This document shows positions 11,934 through 25,200 of a stretch of 64,000 nt of DNA, piece after piece (the stretch's first letter is position 1; each line of letters begins with the position of its first letter). The notes beneath the pieces are model-generated. The model worked only from the letters and a program-made list of their open reading frames with translations. It did not search any database and had not been told where the DNA came from. The stretch is from Mizuhopecten yessoensis. Its lineage: Eukaryota. The DNA is taken from NCBI RefSeq assembly GCF_002113885.1, contig NW_018405595.1:1653965-1717964 (forward strand). The letters are read 5' to 3'. The translations under genes and the position numbers were made by a program.

Positions 11934-14900
11934 GTAAGTTTTTAAAAACTTTAAATTACAATTAATAGTATTTTCGATATGACATCCATGATATTATGTT
12001 GCTTTATCAATTCACGCAAACGTATGTTTTTATTGTTCAATATGGCATAATCGTCTCGTGGTAAGTCGAGATAATGCATATCTAATGGTTTCATTACAGT
12101 TGCTTTAATAAAGACAATATTGTTTTTGCTACAAAAACATATATAAACTGAACATATAATACTGCTATTAAAAAACAATTGATTCCGTGTAATTTGTATA
12201 CCAGTTATATGTTTTTATCCAAAGGTATGCGATATTTCAGCTTTCGTAGGAATTTTTATAAATGGACCTACTTGAATACATATCGAAAATCAGTTCATCA
12301 ATTCGTTTGTGTCTATATCATTTTTCATTTTTGCTGTTACTTTTATCCTGGGATATTTGCGTATATTGAATTTCGGTTTCCTGTTGTTATGTACCTTTCA
12401 TTCATGGATCTGTGTCTACTATTTGGGCAAATTTTGTACCAATAAATGTCCGTGGATTTGTGTGTAACAGAATTTCAATTTCCATAATAAGTTTTATTAA
12501 ACGAAATGTGAATAGCACTAACCCTACAATGTTTAATTAAATTACTGAAACTCATAATACTATCACTAACGAAAGGATATTGCATATAATATGTGTAGAC
12601 TGCTAAAATATTCAAATCAAACATATGGCTATACTCACAGACACTGGTGAAGTTTATTTGCTTGAGTGTGATTTTACGTCTTAACAAAACCAATTGTATT
12701 ACCAAGGTAAATCGGAAACCAACATGCACTACAATATTATATAATAAATATGTAATTATATATCTACTATACCACAATACATTTATACAGACTCAGATTA
12801 TGCCGTGTTACGAATCTTTTAATTAATTTCCAGTTGATCGTCAAGGTAGAGCTATGTTCTGTGACAAATGATTTATTATATATGATAATTATTAACAGTT
12901 GACATGATGGTGATGTATATTAAATGACGAATCTTTTCCTGCAAGCACACTCGCTGTCTAGTTAACGCTAGCTTCTTACCTTGTCCTTAAGTGCTAATAT
13001 ATATATATGGTTATTAAGGCGTCATGATACCTTTCTGTGACATTCGCCTCCTTTTCGAAAGAGTTGCGCATTAATAATCTGTAAAAAATGTCTTATAAAT
13101 AATAATCCTTACTCGGTACATTTATAGGTGATACATTAGAAGTACATCAGGTTGTAGTATTGATAACACTTAGCTTATCATAAATGATTAGATTATGTAA
13201 ATTAAAATGACAGGAGCGACAACTGTGATAACAATAGATATACCGTGACGGGTACATGTAAGTATAACGTCGTTATATACGTCCATATACGAGATGATTA
13301 ATTTCGATAGCCTCATTCTTACTATTTCCCTACAATAATGAATATGCAGTTTTAATGTAGTTTTTTTTCTTTTCTTTTTAACTCTTTTTATTTTTTTGTT
13401 TCTTTGATTACACAACTTTGTAGTTTTAGCGGATATCAGTATATATTAAATATATGCAGAAAACCTTAAAATCCCTTGACACTAAAAGAAATGACAAAAT
13501 TAACAAAAGAGAAATTACTAAGTATATCGAAATTTGGAAGTAGCACAGCGCGAAAATAATACCACCTAAACACAGGAAGTGTTTTATAAAAGAGTCAATG
13601 GTCAAACGTTCGGCCCCTAGCTCTAGAATTGGATTACCGCCATAATTATATCTAATTAAGTAAGATACTTCTGCTTTGGAATCTTATTCTATGTAAGTGA
13701 CTTTACAAAAGTTAGTTGTTGCGGTGATCCCCTTCCATACCTAGCACCAGCGACGAGTCATTGTCTTTGCTGGCTCTACGTTCACCTGTGCGTGTGTTAC
13801 GTTCATCCTGCCTATAAGGAGTTAACAGTTGTATGGTGGAGTGGAATTCGTCTTTAGCATGCTGTATCTATTACCAAATTTTGTGCCTTGGAAGCTTATG
13901 AATAATATATAATAATATTGCACATAAACCATTCATATGCAGGCTTTGCCTATTTTGAAAGAATATTGTATTAGCTTAACTAGACATGAATTTGAAATTT
14001 TATTGCATTTATATGTGCGCCTTTCGACTAAATAAGGTAATACTTTGTTTAAGAGTTCTATATTTTTTAACTAATTGCTTTGTTCTCTAATGTTATTTTT
14101 TATCAGACATTGAGTCGGTATATCTGATCAGCAAGACATTGATGTATTATTATTCAAGATAATAATTAAAACAATTGTCTAAAACGTCTGATAAAAACGA
14201 TAATGACATATTGTGATTTGAAATAATATATCATCCATATTAAGGGGGCGCCAAGGGGATTGTGAATATCAGGTAAATAATTAAACGAATATTCTGCTAT
14301 TATCTATAACAAATTTCATGCATTTCACTGCTGGTATATCAAAAAAGCAATGTAGAGTTAACTGGTAAAACATTTCGTTATAAAAGTTATTCATCCAAAA
14401 ATCAATTGTAAATGAAAATCTACTTAAAAAAAGGAGAAGAGGAAGAAGACGTTTCCTGTTTTAACAGGCTGTCTATCAAACACGAATCATAAATATTCGA
14501 ACGTTAAGCTTAATTTGCCATATATGGTAATTATCAGTAAAACTGAATTACGTACTAATTTCAATCATTTTTTAGTTTATGCATGTCATGTACACTTAAA
14601 CTTCATAATCCTTGCATCTATTTATGAATAGCTTCAATGATCAGCAAACGTATCTTAAAATGTAATCTCAGAAATGAGTATGAATATGTAAACAAAGCCT
14701 TCCTAATAAGATCGTTAATGGATTAAAAAAAATGTATTGACCTAAACGTGATTCTTGTATGAGAACTCGAGCATCTTAGACAAATCAATAAGGCTTATCA
14801 TCTGGGGATTAAAACAGAATTGGAATGCATCTATTTTGATACATTTTTGTACAAAATATCCCTTTGTAACCCTCCGATAACATCTCGCGACTAAGGAGTA

Positions 14901-15849
14901 AACCCTGTAGCACGAGACAGATAGGTGTAGTTGTTACAGGTAATTCGACAAAGGTGTATACAGGTCTAGGTTTTTACTTTCTACATGAAAAACATTAGGA
15001 GGGCGAAATGGCCTATTTAGCACGTCGTTCAGTCATTCACCATTGATTCCTCTCCAATAAACCGACTTCTTAAACAATTTGCAGATATAGACTGTGACCA
15101 TTATAAAACGTTTAACCATGTAGGCAAATCAATAAGATTTAAAGTATATATAGTATGTTTTGGGTACTGAAATATGATAAAAAAAAAATCTGTTGTATAC
15201 CCATTTCAAAAAGGGCTGATAATGCCTAAGATTTTAGACCACCAAGATGGCCGCCCAGACTTAAATGCATTTACATTTACATATTTTCGATATAACAAGG
15301 TAGAAATGTAAATAAAGTACTTTTTTAAGTTTTGATACATAGATAATTTAACGCCATATTTTGTTTCATAATGAAAGTTGACAAAACTCATTGAATACGA
15401 TATATATGGTCCTTCGTTGAGTGTACAGGAGAATGGCCATACATGACTAATTCCCAGCCATCATGAGTGCAGTGCTACGACAGTTTTTGATAACTTTGTT
15501 TAGCAGTTGCATTCCTGGATGAACTCTCTGCAAATTTTCCTGCGACCATGGCGTTTTAGAGATACCTCTTCGTAAAACCACATGAGTTAATCGATATTGA
15601 CGGCAAGGAGAACAGATGTGGTACAAACTTAACATCGAGTTACATCAATCTGATGAGGAATAAAATAAGGGTCAGGACATGACTTTGCCAACTGGTAAAT
15701 AAGATCAGTGTGAGTTCGGTTGCCAGACTGTTTCCACAAACGGCACGGACGATAGTATTTCCCCTATACTGGGACAAACAATGCGGTTGATGCGTGATAA
15801 TGTCTCTTCTACTTTGTCTGACATTCTGCTACCATAAGCCTTCCACTAC

Positions 15850-16000
15850 TGGTTCGCGGGTTCGAGACTTTTTTGGGCAGTCGCCAGGTACTGTCTGTAG
15901 GTCAATGGTTTTCCTTCGAGAAATCGTCGTTCCTCCACCACCAAAACTTGGCATGACCATAGCTGTTAATTGGACGTAAAGCACAAACAAACAAACAAAA
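15850..16000 (+). mobile_element. SINE fragment (B-box-like ggttcgag, CORE-like body, (CAAA)n tail)
   Basis: cgggttcgagac...ggttttccttcgagaaatcgtcgttcctccacca...gaccatagctgttaattggacgtaaa followed by caaacaaacaaac. The 3' end resembles the copies at ~45440 and ~46340. Confidence 0.55.
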
Positions 16001-16603
16001 GTCTACTTTGCCACACTATGGCAAAATAGGATGAACACAACAGTTTATGAAATCGGGACATCGAATTACATTATGAAGCACATGGAATTTGCTTTATCAC
16101 CATTCAGTCATTGGCTGCAAAAGTGCGTCTCAGTTCAATGGTTAAAGTAAGCTTGGCAGGTGGTGCGCCGACATTACACTGATCGTAATGGCATTGGCAA
16201 GGGATCTATAATAAGAAGAGATAGTGATATGAGCAGAGGAAATACTTTGTTAGATATACGGTATACTCGAGATTGGTGCACGCATCGAAGCTTGGTCAGG
16301 TAGTTTTTAATAGATGTAGCTCGAGCTCAAGCAAAAGAGAATACGTCACCAGCTACACATGCAGAAAAGTTTCAAATCATACGTTAACACTATAAAGAAA
16401 GTGTTTGATACCAAATACATTAACCATATCCTGATCACCTGATCCTGGAGGTACCTGCAGGTTTAGTAGATACCCCATATTTTCTCTGCCTGTTTGCGAC
16501 CTACAATGATAGCTTCCAAGGAGATCACCTCAAATGGTTTCAGATGAAACACCACTAACAACGCTGTACCTGTAGAGCAATTAGTCGTGAGGGAACCAAG
16601 TCG

Positions 16604-17161
16604 CATCTTCGCTAGCCAAGTGTTCGCTCGTATACACTCCACTTACCCTTGGCGGATATAGCCGTGTTTTCATAATTCCCTCCACTGCCACCTACAGGAT
16701 ATACCGAGTTATTGCTCTTTTCCCAAACAACTTTTAACCAATCAAAATGACCGTTACATACACACTCCAATGGCGTGTTGACATAAATATAAGCACGTGT
16801 ATGTCGAGGCGGAGTAAAGTGACAGATCAATATGGAAACAATCCAAAGGCAGCACACATGTTTTCCCATGTCATCATTTACATGTGGCACTTGGTCAAGG
16901 ATTTCCACCAACTGATTTAACACTCCAGAAATTTCCCCAAAGATCGTGCGCCCATTTTTTGGGGGCAAAACAATTTGACATAAACGACAACGTGCTTCCG
17001 TACAGGGCGTCGCCATTTTTTTTCATTCGTCAACAGCGCTATATGTAAGAAGCGATTTCATTGGATGTAAGCGATTGGCAGCGCAGGAAAAATTGAAGGC
17101 TCGATAAACATGGCTATATCCGCCAAGGGTAAGTGGAGCGTACACTTGGCTAGCGAAGATG
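16604..17161 (-). mobile_element. Non-autonomous DNA transposon, ~55-65-bp TIRs, 9-bp TSD, carrying a truncated CxxC zinc-finger (ZAD-like) coding fragment
   Basis: TIR catcttcgctagccaagtgt...cacttacccttggcggatatagcc at both ends (the left copy has a 10-nt insertion). ACCAAGTCG is duplicated at 16595-16603 and 17162-17170. Internal ATG at 17016 reads MATPCTEARCRLC...IF...KHVCC. Confidence 0.85.
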
Positions 17162-18715
17162 ACCAAGTCGTGGAACAACCATATCCTCGATAACCAGGGG
17201 TTACGCTCAGTTTCGCTCTCTGCACCCCTGGAATATTTCATAGCATAATTGAAGGCACAAAGACTCAGATTGATATGTATGCATTTACCTGCGTAAACAC
17301 AGAAAGAGGCCGTCTATGACAAATAAATTGCAAATGAATTAAACATTCTTAAATAGTTCTTCAAGACATTAATACGAGTGTTTGTGTCTGACGTTTGTAT
17401 ATGAATTGAATATATAATTATAGCATTGGTATCTTATTAGAAAACGCAGTTTAAAAAAAAGCATAAGATATATCTGACAAGTGATATATGTACAGGTAAC
17501 AAAGCCTAGTTTACTTCTATCCTACAAGTGCCATCATCGCGTAAGATGTTTTTTTTCTGAATTTACAATAGATCTTTAAGTGTTTGAATTAAGTAATGGT
17601 GTAGCTGTCATCCTCTGGAAATCAATGTAAACCGACGGTGAGGTCACAAAAATGTTGCTATGGGCTACCGAATGGAGCCTGTTAAATGGACATACATGTT
17701 ACTAACAATAAAAAAATACGTAATATAAAAACATAACATGTCGCAATGCTTCCAACACCTATCTACTGAAGTGTTGGGTGGTATAAGAGGATTGGAGTCT
17801 TGATAATCATGCAAGCAATTGCAACCTTCGTTCCAAATACAGTTATAAATTTTTGAAACTAGATATTGCCAATTAAAACACTGATATATAATATAAACAA
17901 ATAGCAGTGTTAGTTTGGGTTATATATTTCATAATTATATGCTTCCTTGTGATGTGATCTTCTGCTGTTCAAGATTGCCTTTTGCGAATATCTGAACATC
18001 AATTACAGTAAGATGGATGATTTTGTGAAAGGTATCCAGTATCACACCACAAATAGCATTCTGGTGCTAACTTACAGGTTGAATAGCTTCTTGTACATTC
18101 TTTCTTATATTAGATATAACTTTCCAAACATACAGATATCAAATATTAGGCAATAGGACAACAACATTAACGTCTTCCATACCCCATGCACGACACTAAG
18201 AACAAATACAAAAGCCTAGATTCGGAAGATTACTCCACGTGTTACCCCAAACGAACATGACATCGATTGTCGCAAAAATGATGTAATAAACCTGTCAAAT
18301 TTTCAAACTTGTTATCTAGAGCGAGTTACCAGTTGATACCATATTAAAAACCTTCACAGTTTCCACAGGTTCCGTCTCCAGAAAGTCTGAGTATTGGCAT
18401 ATTGACAAACGACTAGTCTATCAACACAAATCACAGTAATAATGTGTAAGGTAACACATGGACGCGAACTTGTTGATATATAAATGCTAACTTCGATGTA
18501 TCTCCGTAGTATGCCTCGTGTATTTTAAGAAAGACAATATTTTATCATTATAATCATGGAATGTCATTAGCTGACTATTGTTTTAGAAGGGTAGTATTTT
18601 CATATTTTTTATAACACATCATGACATTACTTTTAGCTCAAAGCACACGGTTTGTTCGCCAATAACTAGACTAGTTTTCTTTCGCATTTATTGTAAAGTA
18701 TGATTTTGATCAGCA

Positions 18716-19010
18716 TAATGTTCATGGCTCTGCTGTTGTTCAGTAGAATGTTCATGGCTCTGTTTTCGTTAAGTAGAATGTTCATGGCTCTGTTTTCCTT
18801 AAGTAGAATGTCCATGGCTCTGTTTTCGTTAAGTAGAATATTCATGGCTCTGTTTGCGTTCATTAGAATGTTTATGGCTCTGTTTTCGTTCAGTAGAATG
18901 TTCATGGCTCTGTTTGCGTTCAGTAGAATGTTCATGGCCCTGTTTTATCGTTAAGTAGAATGTTCATGGCTCTGTTGTTGTTCAGTAGAATGCTCATGGC
19001 TCTGTTTTTG
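18716..19010. repeat. 30-bp minisatellite, ~10 copies (gaatgttcatggctctgttttcgttaagta)
   Basis: Directly visible tandem array; explains ORFs 18666-18935 and 18700-18954. Confidence 0.95.
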
Positions 19011-19244
19011 TTCCGTAAACATGGAAAAACTAAAATGTCGGCACTTCCTTAGAAACGATAGATGAGGAAGTTATTAAAACTATATATATTTTTTTTTATT
19101 AAATCTCGCTTGAAAGCTTTTTAACTTGCGCTGTCAGCTTTAATATCACCTTTACTATATATTTTAGAAAATTGAAATGTTCCTTCAATGAATTGAAATT
19201 CTTTTTCTACACTGATTTTATTTCGCCCTCTGTAGGTAGCAGCA

Positions 19245-22200
19245 ATGGCGATTCTTGGTGTCCTGCCTCTCTGTGTTATCTCGGTAGTGCTAGGCCGGGC
19301 TGTTGCACTTCCGGCCACAACGGATGCCGCCGCAACTGTAGGAACATCTATCAGTGACGTCAAACCAACTCCCGAAATCGCCTACAACTACACCGCTGAT
19401 GTCAAAGATGCTTTTAGACTTGCTTTGGCGAAGTTGCATAATAATTATGGACAAACTGTTAATCATGGTAAACTTTCGGCTATACTTGTAATTGACACTG
19501 CTACGGAAACAATTTCGTTGCCGTGATAATTTGGATTCGTGAAAATGAAATAATGTTGAAGTGTTAATGAGTATTTCGAAAATGGCGTATTCACTTTTCT
19601 TACTGATAAAAATACATACCTCGCAACGTATGACAGACTTTCAGTATGTTCATCAAGTATTAATTGACGTTTTAAAAATGATAAAAGCAAAGTTATACGT
19701 TAAGGTCATGATGCATTTTGACAATTTAGCCCTGACGGCATAGTAACCCCTGATATACCGTTCTTAAGGCCATACACGACATAACTGTGTCAGACATTTA
19801 TTTTCGAAAATACATTATGTTCAATTTCTCTTTTGATACCTATACAAGAATGGGGACTTTTGGAAAACAATTCTAGGCAATTCTGAATATATCTGTTAGA
19901 AAAACTTGTGTTACAAATGTCCATTTGATAGGCTTGAGAACAAGGTGATCGATACACAACGCTATGATTGGTAATCAATCGTATCTATTTTAGCAATTTT
20001 TTCTGTTGTTTACAGTATGATCACATTATACATGTTTAATCTGTCCTTATCACCTAAAAATGATAATATCTACAACTTATTGGGGTGATGTGTTTATCGA
20101 TTTTACATCTGACCCCTTAATCGTTTCTAACACTCCCTACACATCAGGAAAACTACTAAGCCTACACAATGTTATCAACTGTATAGCCCCTATGGACAGT
20201 GCTGTGTGTATAGACTTGGTACTGTGTGTATAGCTTGGTACTGTGTGTATGGACTTCGTATTGTGTGTATGGACTTCGTACTGTGTGTATGGACTTCGTA
20301 TTGTGTGTATGGACTTCGTACTGTGTGTATGGACTTCGTACTGTGTATATGGACTTCGTACTGTGTGTATGGACTTCGTACTGTGAGTATGGACTTCGTA
20401 CTGTGTGTATGGACTTGGTACTGTGTGTATGGACTTCGTACTGTCTGTATGGACTTCGTACTGTGTGTATGGACTTCGAACTGTGTGTATGGACTTCGTA
20501 CTGTGTGCATGGACTTCGTACTGTGTGTTTGGACTTGGGACTGTGTGTATGGACTTCGTACTGTGTGGATGGACTTCGTACTGTGTGTATGGACTTCGTA
20601 CTGGGTGTATGGACTTCGTACTGTGTATATGGACTTCGTACTGTGTGTATGGACTTCGTACGGTGAGTATGGACTTCGTACTGTGTGTATGGACTTCGTA
20701 TTGTGTGTATGGACTTCGTACTGTGTGTATGGGCTTCGTATTGTGTGTATGGACTTCGTACTGTGTGTATGGACTTCGAACTGTGTGTATGGACTTCGTA
20801 CTGTGTGCATGGACTTCGTACTGTGTGTTTGGACTTGGTACTGTGTGTATGGACTTCGTACTGTGTGTATGGACTTCGTACTGTGTGTATGGACTTCGTA
20901 CTGTGTGTATGGACTTCGTACTGTGTGTATGGACTTCGTACTGTGTGTATGGACTTCGTACTGTGTGTATGGACTTCGTACTGTGTGTATGGACTTCGTA
21001 CTGTGTGTATGGACTTCGTACTGTGTGTATGGACTTCGTACTGTGTGTATGGACTTCGTACTGTGTGTATGGACTTCGTACTGTGTGTATGGACTTCGTA
21101 CTGTGTGTATGGACTTCGTACTGTGTGTATGGACTTCGTACTGTGTGTATGGACTTCGTACTGTGTGTATGGACTTCGTACTGTGTGTATGGACTTCGTA
21201 CTGTGTGTATGGACTTCGTACTGTGTGTATGGACTTCGTACTGTGTGTATGGACTTCGTACTGTGTGTATGGACTTCGTACTGTGTGTATGGACTTCGTA
21301 CTGTGTGTATGGACTTCGTACTGTGTGTATGGACTTCGTACTGTGTGTATGGACTTCGTACTGTGTGTATGGACTTCGTACTGTGTGTATGGACTTCGTA
21401 CTGTGTGTATGGACTTCGTACTGTGTGTATGGACTTCGTACTGTGTGTATGGACTTCGTACTGTGTGTATGGACTTCGTACTGTGTGTATGGACTTCGTA
21501 CTGTGTGTATGGACTTCGTACTGTGTGTATGGACTTCGTACTGTGTGCATGGACTTCGTACTGTGTATATGGACTTCGTACTGTGTGTATGGACTTCGTA
21601 CTGTGTGTATGGACTTCGTACTGTTTGTATGGACTTCGAATACCAGGCGTTTTGCATGTATCATTAAGAACGATGGTAAACAAGTTGAATTATAAGAACG
21701 TGCTTGTGAGGAAGTCTTTTTCTGATATTCTAGACATAACAGCAACAATGAGAGCAGACTTCCATACGCTGTGCCCAGTACCGAGAAGGGAACCTGAAAC
21801 ACAGGCGGATTCCAAGATGGCATCACTTGGCCTTGACGCCATTCAACAGTTAAGCAACAGGTATGTAAGCTAGATTCATATAATTTTCGGCTAATGTCAT
21901 GTGTTCTTGAGAAGCATTATCACTGGCTAGTCCAGACTTACTAGCTGTAGGTACCTACATGTATCTACAAATTGCATCTTTTCAGAGTCAAGATGCGCTC
22001 TGACAAGTTCGGTATATCCTGATTATCCGTGTTTACCTAGCTGTATAGATGAATTACAGCATGTTTGGAAGTTATGTTCCGAGAGACTGCATTCCATTTA
22101 CAATGAAATCATGAACCTGTCACTTCGGTATATATTTCTATGCTATTGGATATTACTAGACTTTCAAGTAATAGCAAATACATCCAAGCAAAATAATGAA

Positions 22201-25200
22201 CCTTCGTCTGTATAATTCATCTATAACATTACGAATAAATGAATGCTTTGAATGATTACAGTCCATCATAATTCTATGCAAAAGGGTTTGAATTCCTTCA
22301 TCGATGTTTCGCCGTTTGGATTATTGCATAAATCGTTTTTATCATAGCGTTGGAATTTCGGCGGAGGATATTCTCAAATCGGAGCAATGGCGGGATTCAC
22401 TGGGAGCCGAGTTCCGGAAGTACTGTAATGAAAGAGCGTCTCACCTTCACTGTGAAGCTAACTCCCCCTACCGGACGATTGACGGTTCCTGTAACAATAT
22501 AGGGCATCCGGCCTGGGGCATGACGGGAATGCCCCAAAAGAGGTTCCTTGCGCCAGACTATGATGACGGTATGCTGTTAAAATCGAACCAAAACAAAAAT
22601 TGTGTTGAAAATGTTTTATTCACTATAAAACTATAATAAACAACAGACAATTATCCAGGGATATGTACATGATTGATAGATATATTCATTATAAAGAATA
22701 GCATACATTCATCATGTGTGCGAGAAAATATATATTCAGCGATAAAATCATATTATTAGCTGATGTACATATTTTAATGGAGTTATACATTGATCGCATT
22801 TGATGAATGACATCATCATAAATTGACAAATTGATTGCATAACTTACAGCATTCTCAATATCCAGGGGTTACGCTCACATGCGCTCTTTCCCGTAAATTC
22901 TTTTGAGAAGCAAGTTGTAATCACATTATCTTAAAAGAAATTAATATTAAAAGATTTTCCAATCACGTTTGCACTACATTTTTAACGCTAATTATACGTG
23001 TGCTTTTTATATCTGTTCTAGGTTTCAATTCCCCTCGGTCACGTGGCCAGGATGGCGCGCCCCTCCCCAACCCCAGAAACATCAGTAACGAGCTCCATCA
23101 GTCAAACGGGAACCAGACATACGAGTCCAAACTGTCCGTGATGCTGATGACCTGGGGTCAGTTCATCAATCACGACATTGTCGGGACTCCACTCATTAAA
23201 GGTGTGTGACTACAATCTTCGTACTGTCTACCGTGTCTTACCGGTAATAAGCCCAGGAAGGATTTCCATTTAAATTGTATACATTTATTTCTAGGATTTA
23301 GATCCATCGGTACAATTTAGACGGCAAGTGTAAATAGGAAAGTCTAATTTTGAATACGCTTCAGACGAAAATTATTTATGTCCCCATCATTTTGGATGTT
23401 TTTATAGTTATCAATCATGCACAGATGACTTGTGCACTGTAAAAATAAACAACTGACAAAACATGATTTGGTAGTTATAGATTATCACACTGTATTTTCA
23501 GTGTTTGTCGTGAGGTGGACTCGAGATTTTATCTACGTGCAAGCGATGAGAAAATTGTGCGAACAGTGATCTATTATTTTGTGGAATTTCTGTTGTTTAT
23601 TAATGTTTTTCGTGTGAATCCTAACATTATTTTCAAAACTTTTGATGAGACCTATCAGAAAGCCATACCTGTATAGTGGTTTCTTAAAACTTAAAGCGAG
23701 TCTCACTGGAAACCACGAGTAGAACTCAGATATCCGTGTCTCTAAAATCATTGTGTAGAGAATCAGACAGAACTGTCTGTTCTTGTTGATAGAAAACGGG
23801 TCCCATTAATCTGGACGCAGTTAGATGTAGGAACCGTGATTGAAAGTGATCAAACCAATTTTGAACAGAAGTTTAAATTCGGTGAAACAACCGAAAACCA
23901 AATTCCACTTCCTAAAACCTATCAAGACCCCGTAAAATCCAGACAATCATTACTTGTTCTAGAATGTATTGTACCCAGACAACAACTTGTAGATGTATGC
24001 TTTATCTAGAACTCCTAAACACAGTATGTAGAGGTGAGAGGTAGTATTAATGATTTGTTTACCGTGATGTTACATTTACATGCTGCTTTTAACATTTTGT
24101 ATGATACTAGTACGTACTGTTACACTTTATCTGTGTATTTTTTTTATTTTTTTTTTATAAAATCCCTTTTAAAATAAAAGCCACCAGATAAGGACGGTAT
24201 TTATTTTACCTATTTGGGATTATCATGGCGATATATGATTTCGGCACATTTATAACTTTTGTTAACAGTTTTCATTAATATTGTCATAGTGGGAGTTTGT
24301 TGGATTTTCAGGTTTCATCCTTTTTTCTGGAGTGAATATACCTCGGACTACAAGAGTTTCAATGTTATAAAATTAACTTAATGTTTCCCCTTTTCAGATA
24401 GTCACGGCCGGTCACTAGATTGCTGTGGTCTGGATAAGACAAAGTGAGTATACATGCCTGAATGAACTGTCTTTAAACAATTGACATCGCCGCAGGATCG
24501 GGGGGAAATTACATTTTGCGCATGGATTAGCTGTCTCCTTACAAATCTATGTACAGTATCATACACCTGTCTTACCTTTCCTTTTGGGCGGTAACTCCGT
24601 ATGTTCCCCTGAATAGCCCTCTGTCAAAAAAGAGTCAATCGGGTGGGATGTCAGGTCCCGATAAGAAATAAATTAAATAAATTGGTTGAAATGTGGTAAC
24701 AGTGACACCTGCAATTTGTGTTAGAGTTATCTCCCTTCAGATATATTACCTCTTTATACTATGTGTACTCGTCCATTGTGATAGGGTTAAGGCTGTATGC
24801 TATAATCTGTACTTTAAATATCATACCTGTGATTTGTGCTAGAGTTAAGACTATATCCAATACACCCAAACTCTTGATGTGTGTTACAGTTTTTTCCCAC
24901 AATACATATGTTTATTCTGAATAACTAGTATCATCATTGCAGCCACTCTGAAAGGTTCCATCGTGCTGACATTATTTTCCATTATGTTGTGATAAGGGTA
25001 TATTCTATTTCAATATTCCAACTCCAAAATATTTGTGAGTCTGATTTAAGATCTCAAAAGAATTTCCTTTCACATAAAACCGATGAAGCGTGGTTTTTAT
25101 TCTTGTGAGGCTTTTTAGAGCATACTCATAATATCCATTACATTAGTATTACCCCAAAAACTCGAAGTATCAAATTAAGTGTTTCTAAATTAATTTAATC

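Noticed and set aside
8700-16500. Short ORFs of 60-100 aa in the intergenic/intronic stretch
   Set aside because: AT-rich, with no recognisable motifs and no consistent splice-phase chain; many use non-ATG starts.
18666-18954. Ankyrin/LRR-like repeat ORFs on both strands
   Set aside because: They are translations of the 30-bp minisatellite.
20202-21640. CRISPR-like array
   Set aside because: Head-to-tail repeats without unique spacers, in a eukaryotic context with no cas genes.
20137-21873. Seven long ORFs (146-555 aa) as stand-alone repetitive protein genes
   Set aside because: All arise from a stop-free 20-bp unit (not a multiple of 3) inside a peroxidase intron. There is no independent promoter, signal peptide or frame preference.
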